From Myxococcota bacterium (lineage in GTDB: Bacteria > Myxococcota_A > UBA796 > GCA-2862545), in assembly GCA_039208735.1 (NCBI GenBank), contig JBCCQY010000106.1, positions 1 through 31,664 of the forward strand: DNA of 31,664 nt, in the 5' to 3' direction. Made by a program: the position numbers and the translations under genes. A model generated the notes under the pieces. That model saw only the letters and a list, made by a program, of their open reading frames with translations, did not search any database and was not told where the DNA came from. Positions 9,503-17,684 of the stretch are shown here, in pieces (positions within the stretch are counted from its first letter, which is position 1; every line of letters starts with the position of its first letter).

Positions 9503-9650
9503 CGAGGGGAGTGTACCAATCCTTGCCTCGAACCGCGGTCGTTCGGCGTACTCGCAGGATCCGAGGGTTCTGGGTTGGCGTCAGCGTCCCTCTTGCCAAG
9601 AGCGCTACGATGGCGGGCCGGGTGCGCGGGGCCCGCCCTGGGAGGTCGAT

Positions 9651-10064
9651 GTGCGATTCGAGGGAAGTTGCCAGTGCGGTGCCGTTCGGTACGCGTTCGA
9701 GGCGGAACGACTGCTGGGCTACCTGTGCCACTGCCGCGAGTGCCAGCACCAATCCTCGAGTGCCTTTGGCATGACGGTGCCCATGCTGGCCGATCGTCTG
9801 GAGTGGGAGGGAATCCCTCCCCACCGCTGGGTGCGACCGGCGCATAGTGGGCGTACCACCGCCTGCCTCTTTTGTCCGCAGTGCGGCAGTCGTTTGATCC
9901 ACCAGGACGCGTTGACGCCGACGTACTGCTCAGTCAAAGCCGGCGGGCTGGACCGGGCGGCCGATGTCGAGATTGTGGGTCACCTTTGGGCGAAGCGCCG
10001 CATTGCCGGTTTGGGGTTCGTTGATCAGCTTGCAGGAGCGAAGCGACGAAAGCTGACCGCGTAG
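9651..10064 (+). CDS. GFA / CENP-V family zinc-binding protein
   Basis: GGAGG RBS then GTG 9651; EGSCQCGAVRY, CHCRECQ, FCPQCGS, HLW. Confidence 0.88.
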   Translation: MRFEGSCQCGAVRYAFEAERLLGYLCHCRECQHQSSSAFGMTVPMLADRLEWEGIPPHRWVRPAHSGRTTACLFCPQCGSRLIHQDALTPTYCSVKAGGLDRAADVEIVGHLWAKRRIAGLGFVDQLAGAKRRKLTA

Positions 10065-10166
10065 TGCCTGCAGGCGCGTAGCGCCGAAGGCCAGCGGTGA
10101 TCAGACTCGCGCAAGCTTTGCTTGCGGCTGTTCTGATTTCGCGCAAGCTTCGCTTGCCGCTGATCA
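10022..10166. repeat. Cluster of four REP-like hairpins between convergent genes
   Basis: Two units on + (GCAGGAGCGAAGCGACGA and GCAGGCGCGTAGCGCCGA, each inside an outer stem). Two direct repeats TCGCGCAAGCTTYGCTTGCSGCTG at 10107 and 10139. TGATCA at 10022, 10098 and 10161. Confidence 0.7.
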
Positions 10167-10454
10167 GGGAAACCCGGGCTGGCAGAAGCCAAAGCAGAAT
10201 GGCGGAATTGAGTTTGTACAGGCGATGGGGAGGCACACCTCATCGTCTTCGCAACCCGAGGTCACCCCGTCGAAGGTCGTGCAGCGCGCGCCAGAGCCTC
10301 CACCAAAGCCGCCGCCGCTAAGGCGAGCCGCTTCCGCATCTTCGTCCAGCCAGGTTTGTTCGATCTGCTCCGCCTCGCCTTGGTCAACCTCACACCCCGT
10401 GAACACCACGGCCATCGCGATACCCACGGCGCCTACGATGCGCTTTGCCTGCAT
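10164..10454 (-). CDS. Small lipoprotein (96 aa) with a 6-Cys C-terminal domain containing a Bowman-Birk-like loop CTNSIPPFC
   Basis: GAGGAGG RBS before ATG 10454; signal MQAKRIVGAVGIAMAVVFTG-C; acidic spacer; Gly linker; Cys-rich tail. Confidence 0.75.
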   Translation of the reverse strand: MQAKRIVGAVGIAMAVVFTGCEVDQGEAEQIEQTWLDEDAEAARLSGGGFGGGSGARCTTFDGVTSGCEDDEVCLPIACTNSIPPFCFGFCQPGFP

Positions 10455-10806
10455 GGATCCTCCTCGGAATTGCCTGGGGAGCATACCAGATCGTTCGATT
10501 TTGACGAAGGCTCTGGTTGGGGAAACAGAACTTCTATGGAGCCCCGTCTGATTTGCGCCGATCCGAGATCGCCCTGGATGATCGCGCGACTTTCGACGTT
10601 CGCATCGTGACGAACCGGTGACACGCGCCAGGCCTACGATGCCGGCAGACGACGGCCATGCCCAAGCCAAACCGCGCTATGTTGGGGAAAGTGTGCCATA
10701 AACCATGGGAATTCGGCGCATGTAAAATGTCACGCAAAAAATTCGCGACGTGGGCTTTCGTCCTCGTAGGCACCTCCTCTACCGTAGAAGAAACACGGAG
10801 GCAGAG

Positions 10807-12843
10807 ATGAGGACGATGTGGCTCGCCGTCATGGTGGGTGGCGGCATGATCGCCTGTACCGGTGACGATCCGAAGGACGACACCGGGCTCGAGGCGGATG
10901 CCGATACGGACGCGGACAGTGATGCGGATTCGGACGCGGACACCGATGCGGATTCCGATGCCGATACGGACGCAGACACCGACGCGGATACCGATACGGA
11001 CCCCATGTTGGCCATGTGCCCGCACGACATGATTCCAGGTGTCGGCGTCTACACGGTGAACATCACGAACCACGCGAATGAGCTGAACCCGAGCTGTGGC
11101 GGAGGTTCGTCGCTGCAGGAAGCCAGCTGGGAATTCACTCCCGCCGCCGACGGCATCTTCTCCTTCAGCACCGCAGGCACGGGCTTCAACACCGTGCTCT
11201 CCGTACTGGATGGATGCCAGGGATCGGAACTTGCCTGCAATGATGACGCTGACGCTTCGACGACGGATTCGGAAGTCGTGATTCCGCTCACGGGCGGCGT
11301 CACCTACATCGTGTCGGTCGACACCTTCGACGACCAGGTGGACATCGGCAAGGGCGATGTGACGCTCGAAGTCGCGGATTTCCTGGGTGAGTTCTGCGAC
11401 GACGGGATCGACAACGACGCGAACAAGCTGGTCGACTGTCTCGACACCGTGGGCTGCGAAGCCGCTCCGGCGTGTTGTCCCGTGAACGTCGCGAATGGGC
11501 CAGGCCTGTACTACGCCACCGTCACCCCCGATTCCAACGCTAGCGAGCCCCAGGCCTGTGGCGGGTCGGGTGGTTTCGATACGAACTGGGAATTCACCCC
11601 GGCCATGGACGCCACTTACATCATCAACACGAACGGAAGCGTGTTCGATACCGTTCTCACGGTCGATGAGGGCTGTGGTGGCGCGGAGCTTGCGTGTGAC
11701 GATGATGATGGCATCGGCACTCAGTCCGAGTTGCTTGTCGAGCTGACGGGCGGCGTCACCTACATCCTCAATGTGGATGCCTTCGACGACGGTACCGACC
11801 TTGATACGGGCGACGTGACGCTCGAGATCATCGAGCTGCTTCCGGAAGTCTGCGACGACGGCGTCGACAATAGCGGCAATGGCGATGTCGATTGTCTCGA
11901 CTTCGGCGGCTGCGCCCAGGATGCCGCTTGCTGCCCGAGCAGCGGTGCGGCGGCGCTTGGCGTCACTCAGGCCGTGATGGGGGTCGATTCCAATGTCAAC
12001 GAGCCTTCGTGTGGGGGGACGGGCGGGTTCGACTTGAGCTTCGAGTTCACCCCGGCCGCCGATGGCGACTACCTCATGAGCACGGTGGGCTCGGTGTTTG
12101 ACACCGTGCTTTCGGTTAGCGACAGCTGTGGCGGTCTGGAACTCGCGTGTGACGATGATTCGCAGGCGCCGCAGTCCGAGTTTATCGTCTCGCTCACCGG
12201 CGGTGTGACCTACATTGTCTATGTGGACGGGTTCAGCAGCGGCACGCCGCTTGGCACGGGCGATGTCACGCTCGACATTGCGCTATTGGCCCCTGAGATC
12301 TGCGACGATGGTATCGATAACAGCGGCAACGGTGACATTGACTGTGCAGATCCTTCAGGCTGTGGCGCCGACCCGATTTGCTGCCCCCTCAATGCGACGG
12401 CTGGCGTCGGTACCTACAACGTCATCATGGACGCCAACTCCAACGCCAACGAGCCTCAGGCCTGTGGTGGTTCGGAGGGCTCCGATACGAGCTTCGAGTT
12501 CACCGCGCCCAACACCGCCGACTACGTCATGAGCACCGCGGGCACCGCGTTCGACACCGTGCTGACGGTTCGCGACGCCTGCGGTGGAACCGAACTGGAG
12601 TGTGACGATGACGGTGGACCGAGCACCCAGTCCGAACTCGTGATCAGCCTGACCGCCGGCACCACCTACATCATCCAGGTGGATGCATTCAGTGACTACA
12701 CGAATATTGGTAACGGCGACGTCACGCTGACTGTGGCGGAAGTTGCGGCCACGGAAGTGGACTGCTTCAACGAGATCGATGACGACGCGGACGGCGACGT
12801 CGATTGTGACGACGCAGATTGCTACGGCGTTTCGGGCTGCTGA
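10807..12843 (+). CDS. Surface lipoprotein with a DADTD low-complexity stalk and four ~150-aa Cys/Asp-rich (PPC-like) repeats
   Basis: GGAGG RBS, ATG 10807; lipobox MIA-C; repeats FT(P)...ST.G..FDTVL.V...C.G.EL.CDDD...SE....LTGGVTY...VD.F, joined by CDDG.DN....DC.D..C linkers. Confidence 0.85.
   Translation: MRTMWLAVMVGGGMIACTGDDPKDDTGLEADADTDADSDADSDADTDADSDADTDADTDADTDTDPMLAMCPHDMIPGVGVYTVNITNHANELNPSCGGGSSLQEASWEFTPAADGIFSFSTAGTGFNTVLSVLDGCQGSELACNDDADASTTDSEVVIPLTGGVTYIVSVDTFDDQVDIGKGDVTLEVADFLGEFCDDGIDNDANKLVDCLDTVGCEAAPACCPVNVANGPGLYYATVTPDSNASEPQACGGSGGFDTNWEFTPAMDATYIINTNGSVFDTVLTVDEGCGGAELACDDDDGIGTQSELLVELTGGVTYILNVDAFDDGTDLDTGDVTLEIIELLPEVCDDGVDNSGNGDVDCLDFGGCAQDAACCPSSGAAALGVTQAVMGVDSNVNEPSCGGTGGFDLSFEFTPAADGDYLMSTVGSVFDTVLSVSDSCGGLELACDDDSQAPQSEFIVSLTGGVTYIVYVDGFSSGTPLGTGDVTLDIALLAPEICDDGIDNSGNGDIDCADPSGCGADPICCPLNATAGVGTYNVIMDANSNANEPQACGGSEGSDTSFEFTAPNTADYVMSTAGTAFDTVLTVRDACGGTELECDDDGGPSTQSELVISLTAGTTYIIQVDAFSDYTNIGNGDVTLTVAEVAATEVDCFNEIDDDADGDVDCDDADCYGVSGC
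10897..11001 (+). repeat. Coding low-complexity repeat (DAD[T/S])n
   Basis: DADTDADSDADSDADTDADSDADTDADTDADTDTD encoded by degenerate 12-nt units. Confidence 0.85.
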
Positions 12844-12869
12844 TCCGCTGACCGCGGAAGGCCCTCCTC

Positions 12870-12901
12870 CGCCCCGGTGACTTCGGTCACGGGGGCGTTT
12901 T
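12870..12901 (+). terminator. Intrinsic terminator after the repeat lipoprotein
   Basis: cgccccggtgac-TTCG-gtcacgggggcg stem with a C(UUCG)G loop followed by TTTT; overlaps the stop of the convergent gene. Confidence 0.75.
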
Positions 12902-13696
12902 GCGTTTGGACACACCAATCTGAAGTCCAAACGCAACGTCTCCGTGCGGTAGCACCGTCACCTCTGGCTTGGCGATAGCGCTTTCGACACAGGCGAAGGC
13001 ATGCTCGTCGCCAGGAGCAAGGTCGGAGACGCTCGCCCCGCCAGGGTTCCAGACGACCACGTCATGGTGGTGATGGCCTTCGATGAGGAGGCTCCGATCT
13101 CCTTCTTCGACGGTCACCGAGCCTCGATGTGGCACGACCAGATCTTGAGGACCCATCAGAGGCAACGGATCCGTGACGGCTACCGAGCGGTTCTGGAGTT
13201 TATCCCAGCCTGAGGAGGGGAGGCCTCGCACTGAGGCTTGAGTCGGGTCGAGCTGAAGGTAGGTGTGTAGCGCACCTCCCACGATGCACGCTCGCCCCGA
13301 GCGGTCCTGATGGGTGAGGGCCACGCTCAGGCGGTGTCCCGCCTCGATGCGGATGTTTAAGGAAAAATGCCAGTTGTCGTCGCGGTGCTCGACCTCCCAT
13401 TCCGCCCAAGCGGCCCCTTCGTCGGTGCCTTGGTCGAGGAGATTCCAACGCCGCTTGCGAACCAGTCCGTGGGCTGGGGTGCCGCTGTCGGCAAACCAGG
13501 GCCAGCACACAGGGATTCCGCCGCGAATCGCGCGACCCTCGACGAACTGGGCGCCCGGGGCCACCCACAGCACATCGCGGTCGCCGTGAGGGGCCCACGA
13601 CAACACGGTGGCGCCGATTGGGTGGACGACGGCTCGGGAGTGGGCTCCCTCGAGAACTACGGCTTCAGCCTGGGCTAATGTCGGCAATTCCTGCAC
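12887..13696 (-). CDS. D-hexose-6-phosphate mutarotase (aldose 1-epimerase / YeaD-like)
   Basis: GATVLSW, AIRGGIPVCWPWF, HGLVR, ALHTY, VVVWNPG, FACVE; start GTG 13696 after GAGGA. Confidence 0.88.
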   Translation of the reverse strand: MQELPTLAQAEAVVLEGAHSRAVVHPIGATVLSWAPHGDRDVLWVAPGAQFVEGRAIRGGIPVCWPWFADSGTPAHGLVRKRRWNLLDQGTDEGAAWAEWEVEHRDDNWHFSLNIRIEAGHRLSVALTHQDRSGRACIVGGALHTYLQLDPTQASVRGLPSSGWDKLQNRSVAVTDPLPLMGPQDLVVPHRGSVTVEEGDRSLLIEGHHHHDVVVWNPGGASVSDLAPGDEHAFACVESAIAKPEVTVLPHGDVAFGLQIGVSKRKTPP

Positions 13697-13823
13697 GGTA
13701 TCCTCGCGGGGAGGGGTAGTGAGGCGATAACGCAGTGACGGTTTCGGGTTGGCGCGCAGGGAGGGTTCTGTTGTACCCGGCCCACCTCGGTGATCGTGTC
13801 CGATGGAGTTTCGATGGTGTAGG

Positions 13824-14879
13824 TCAGGCAGTACGGAACGGCGTTCTTCCGTTGGTGATGCGGAGTTGATCAAAGGAGCGGGATCGCAAGGCTTGGACCG
13901 CAGCGGTACCCACATGGCAGTGTTCAAGCAGAACGCGGCGCAGATTTGGAAACACCGATCGTTTCGAAAACACTTGAGTTGCATCGCCCACACGGTTGTT
14001 GAGCAAATGGACTTCGATGAGGGCGGGCCGGGGTTGTGATGCGAGGGCGTCAAGCGCGTCGGGCCCAAGGCCGCTCGGTCCGACGCGTAGGTGTTGAACC
14101 GTGTGGAGGAGCGCACTTCCAAAGAGGCGTGAGCCTCCGGATTCCATCAGCCCCACGCGACCCAGCTTCAGTCGTTCCAATCTCCAAGGAGCGCGAAGCA
14201 AGGCGGAAACAGTATCGTCCGGCCACGGCGCAGGGGGATCGGTCCTTGGCGTGATGGAAAGGTAGCGCGGATGGGTTTGGTAAACGGCGGCCGGAGGAAA
14301 GAGCGAGAGTTCGCGCAGGGGTAGGCGAGCAAGCACCTCAAACAGCGCCGGGTCAAGCGTCACGGGTCCCTGTAGGAAGACGCGCCACAGACTTCGGAGG
14401 GGCGGTGCAGCGAGCAGCGCCGTGGCGGAGGCGGGGAACTCGTGGCCCGCGACAAGCTTCAGCGAGGTGATGCGATGGAGCCAGGGCTCGTCGGCCAACG
14501 CCTCGAGGTAGGAGAGGCTGTTCTGGCCCATCGTCAGCGCTAGATTGTACAACGCGCCGGCGTCAGGTCGATCGAAGCATGTCGCAAGGTCCTTCAAGGC
14601 TAGATTTCGAACAGAACCGCGAATACCAGTAAGAAAGCCGTGCGTGAACGAGGGGCTGACGCACTTGGGCAGCGGAGCCGTTGGCAACGCACGAGCGAGC
14701 AGACGTTGCCTCCGGCGGATGCGCCGATCGACACCTTTGGGATCGATCAGGAGTAGCTGCAGCAGTTCACCTCGTGGGTCGCCTCGGCTGATCAGTGCGT
14801 CGGCCAGAACGTGCCAGGATGCTGGATTGTCTGGAGTGTCCCGAATGGCGCGGTAGAGCGGATCGAACGACGTCACCAT
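13824..14879 (-). CDS. TIGR02996-like N-terminal domain plus leucine-rich repeats
   Basis: LYRAIRDTPDN...VLADALISRGDPRGELLQL, F.HGF, then LxxLxL repeats (LRELSL, LERLKL, LIEVHLLNNRVGD, LRRVLLEHCHVG). Confidence 0.75.
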   Translation of the reverse strand: MVTSFDPLYRAIRDTPDNPASWHVLADALISRGDPRGELLQLLLIDPKGVDRRIRRRQRLLARALPTAPLPKCVSPSFTHGFLTGIRGSVRNLALKDLATCFDRPDAGALYNLALTMGQNSLSYLEALADEPWLHRITSLKLVAGHEFPASATALLAAPPLRSLWRVFLQGPVTLDPALFEVLARLPLRELSLFPPAAVYQTHPRYLSITPRTDPPAPWPDDTVSALLRAPWRLERLKLGRVGLMESGGSRLFGSALLHTVQHLRVGPSGLGPDALDALASQPRPALIEVHLLNNRVGDATQVFSKRSVFPNLRRVLLEHCHVGTAAVQALRSRSFDQLRITNGRTPFRTA

Positions 14880-15049
14880 GCTGCGAAGGTTAGCCCGGTA
14901 GTCGCTCGCTTTGGAAGGCCGACCGTTCGCGATCGGCCGAAGGATCCAGGGGGACCATCGGCGTGTGGAGATTCTGTGGAGGTGCCTCGCACCGGCGTCT
15001 AGCGGCAGCCGTGCTTCGCCGAAGCCTGAATCGACCATTGGAGGTCCAT

Positions 15050-15403
15050 GTGATTCAGGGAATCGGGAACGGCGCCATGCTGCCGCAGATGATGCAAGCC
15101 TCGAAGGGCAACGGCGGTCCGTTCGCCAAGGTGGCGGCTCAATTCACCAACGAGGCCGGACAGAGCCTTAGCGACATTCGCAACGAGCTTCGCGACACCG
15201 TTCAGACGACCCTTCAGGACGGGGGCGGCAAAGACGCTGTTCAATCCGCCGTACGCGACGTGCTAGAGGCGAACGGCTTCGATGCGGATGGCGTGATGTC
15301 GGCCATTGACGCCATGCGGCCTCGGCGAGGCCCTCCGGGTTTCGGAGCGTCGGGTGGCCGCCTGAATCTGCCCGCAGGTTCGATCCTTTCGACTCGGGCC
15401 TAA
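15050..15403 (+). CDS. Hypothetical protein
   Basis: GGAGG RBS before GTG 15050; plausible helical protein with GC3-biased codons. Confidence 0.6.
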   Translation: MIQGIGNGAMLPQMMQASKGNGGPFAKVAAQFTNEAGQSLSDIRNELRDTVQTTLQDGGGKDAVQSAVRDVLEANGFDADGVMSAIDAMRPRRGPPGFGASGGRLNLPAGSILSTRA

Positions 15404-15459
15404 CCGAGGGCTGTCGCCGTTGACGGCGAAGGTCGAGTGCTGGATGCTACGCTGCCGAC

Positions 15460-15897
15460 ATGGCACTGTTGTCCTGGCTCTTCGTCTTCCTCTTCGCTTC
15501 GGCCCAGGCTCACCCGAACCGAGGTCAAACCTCGGTCATCGTCGTGATGAAGATGGCGAGGTGCCCGGTGTGCATGACGCAGCTGCAGACCCTTGGGGGA
15601 GCTAAGCTCGGCGCCCCGGTGGTGGGGGTGACGCACGATCCGGTGCCCGCGGCGGTCGCGGTCACACACACCACCGGCGTGCGCACCTACAGCCACCCCA
15701 ACGGCATCAAAGCCCTTGGGTTGTGGCGGGCGGACCTTGGCCTTGCCCAGCCTGCGGTCGTCGTGTTCGACCGCTGCGGTGGGGAGACCGGGCGCATCGT
15801 GGGTCGTGAGCCGGGGGTGGATGTGACCGAAAAGGTGCGTGCGCTTGTAAAGCAGGCCGATGCTGTAACAAGCTGCGACGGCCCGCCTGTGTCGTAG
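15460..15897 (+). CDS. Exported thioredoxin-fold / peroxiredoxin-like (AhpC/TSA-like) protein
   Basis: Signal peptide ending AQA; VIVV...CPVC; VVGVTHD; LGLW...AQPAVVVFD. Confidence 0.65.
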   Translation: MALLSWLFVFLFASAQAHPNRGQTSVIVVMKMARCPVCMTQLQTLGGAKLGAPVVGVTHDPVPAAVAVTHTTGVRTYSHPNGIKALGLWRADLGLAQPAVVVFDRCGGETGRIVGREPGVDVTEKVRALVKQADAVTSCDGPPVS

Positions 15898-15965
15898 CCG
15901 TTGGACGTCTTCGTGTTGTGGGCAGCGTCTCTTACCGATGAGCAGTTGGTGCGGTATCTACATCC

Positions 15966-17681
15966 GTGACTCCAGAACATCCTCATCTTGCCGCCCTTCA
16001 CGAAGCCCTCATCGGGGAGGAGCGAGCCACTGCGGCGGAATACCGGCGACTTGCCGACCTGGACCTCGAAGCGCAGGTCGCGGCGGGGTTTGCCTGGCCG
16101 CCGTTGCGTCAGATCAGCACGGAGCGGATGGGACGACGTGAGCGCCTGACCCTTCGCACCCTTGGCGGTGAGATGCTGCATACGGGCATTGGTCCTGGTG
16201 AGCCCGTGTGGGTGGCCGGTGCCCCCGGCCATTGTGATGGTGTGGAGCGTGCCGTCGCCGAGGTTGTGGTGGAGCGTGCGCCGCCGCCCGGGCGGCCTGT
16301 CGAGGTGACACGACGCCATGATCCGTCCACCTTCATCCGCTATCGCCAGGGCCTTGAGGCCGCCGATCGGCACGCCTCTCCGTTGCGGGAAGCGTTGCTC
16401 ACCGCCGAGCGAACGCCCGAAGTCCAAGCGGATGCGATGGCCCATGCGCTGGAGGCGTCGACCCTGGCTGTGATCCATGGGCCGCCCGGGACCGGTAAAA
16501 CGTGGACTCTCGCACGAGTGTTGCGCGCGCTCGTCGATCGAGGCGAGCAGCCATGGGCCTTGGCCGACAGCAATGCCGCCGTCGATCACCTCGCCTTGCA
16601 AGCATCGACCGCGGGTGTCGATGTGGTGCGGGTGGGGCATGCGAACCGCATCGGTTCAGCCGCTGCCGCGCTGTCGCTGGAAGCGCGGATGGCCCGCTCC
16701 CCGCTGGGCCCCGCCTTGGCTGCGTTGCAGCGCGACCTAAGCCGAGCCTGGGGCACGCCTCAAGCCAGGGGACTCCTGGCTGAACTCCGGACGCTGAACG
16801 ATCAAGCCCGAGAGCATGCGCTGTCGACGGCGCAGTGCATTGCCGCCACGTTTGGGACGTTGGCCCGACGGGCTCCGGAGTGGCCAAAGGCGGTCACCGC
16901 GGTGGTGGACGAGGCCACCCAGGCCTCGGAGCCCGCCGTGTGGGGGGCCGTGCCCTTCATCGAGCGGTTGGTGCTTGTCGGAGACCCTGAGCAGCTCGGC
17001 CCCATCAGCATCGTACCCCATAGTCCACTCGCCACTTCACTTTTGCAGCGGCTGATCGTGCACGAAAGCCGTCCCGCTCCCATGCTCGAAGTGCAACACC
17101 GCATGGCCACCCCCATTCGAGAACTCGTCGCCGACGTGTATGGGCCGACCTACCGCGATCATCCACGGGTGGCGGACCAACGTTTGCTCGATCTTCCGCC
17201 CATTACGTGGGTCGATACCGCCGGAGCGGGGTTTGCCGAAGCGCGAGATCCGGCCACCCAATCCCTCTACAACGAAGGCGAGGTCGCGCTCCTCGCCATG
17301 GCGGTGGGCGAACTGCGCGACCGCGGCGTGGAGCCCGAACGTATCGGCGTGATCGCACCGTACAGTGCCCAGGTGGGTCGGTTGGCGGCCCATCCCGCAC
17401 TGGCCGGAATTGAGGTGGCCACCATCAATGCGTTCCAGGGTCGAGAGAAGGACGCCATCGCGGTCAGTTGGGTACGCAGCAACGATCTCGGCGAACTCGG
17501 CTTTGTAGCGGATCCTCGACGTTTGACCGTCGCATTGACCCGGGCACGGTGTTGGCTGTGGCAAGTGGGCGATGCGGCCACCCTGTCGCGTCATCCACGG
17601 TTCGCGCACCTTCTCGCCCACCACGAAGACCACGGTGCGCTCCGCAGTGTTTGGGAACCGCCATGGTCCGACGCGGTGTAG
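15966..17681 (+). CDS. Superfamily 1 Upf1/IGHMBP2-like helicase (AAA_11/AAA_12)
   Basis: HGPPGTGKT, SNAAVD, VVDEATQ, VGDPEQLGP, QHRM, GVIAPYSAQV, TINAFQGREKD, RRLTVALTRAR. Confidence 0.92.
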   Translation: MTPEHPHLAALHEALIGEERATAAEYRRLADLDLEAQVAAGFAWPPLRQISTERMGRRERLTLRTLGGEMLHTGIGPGEPVWVAGAPGHCDGVERAVAEVVVERAPPPGRPVEVTRRHDPSTFIRYRQGLEAADRHASPLREALLTAERTPEVQADAMAHALEASTLAVIHGPPGTGKTWTLARVLRALVDRGEQPWALADSNAAVDHLALQASTAGVDVVRVGHANRIGSAAAALSLEARMARSPLGPALAALQRDLSRAWGTPQARGLLAELRTLNDQAREHALSTAQCIAATFGTLARRAPEWPKAVTAVVDEATQASEPAVWGAVPFIERLVLVGDPEQLGPISIVPHSPLATSLLQRLIVHESRPAPMLEVQHRMATPIRELVADVYGPTYRDHPRVADQRLLDLPPITWVDTAGAGFAEARDPATQSLYNEGEVALLAMAVGELRDRGVEPERIGVIAPYSAQVGRLAAHPALAGIEVATINAFQGREKDAIAVSWVRSNDLGELGFVADPRRLTVALTRARCWLWQVGDAATLSRHPRFAHLLAHHEDHGALRSVWEPPWSDAV

Positions 17682-17684
17682 GTC

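Noticed and set aside
10022..10166. Possible mini-CRISPR array
   Set aside because: Only two near-identical repeats separated by 8 nt, no spacer-length unique sequences and no cas genes.
10164..10454. RiPP precursor interpretation of the small Cys-rich protein
   Set aside because: It has a lipoprotein signal, and no modifying enzyme or peptidase-transporter is nearby.
10521..10551. GGAAAC/GAACTT...CGTCTGA as an ECF promoter
   Set aside because: Spacing is 18 or 12 nt rather than 16-17, and it is far from the next + strand start.
10680..10700. TGGCAC on the minus strand as a sigma-54 -24 box
   Set aside because: No TTGC at the -12 position (reads TGGCACACTTTCCCC).
15966..17681. Anti-phage defence island around the helicase, LRR and STAND genes
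   Set aside because: The genes are dispersed among metabolic genes, with no nuclease, methylase, integrase or evident compositional shift.
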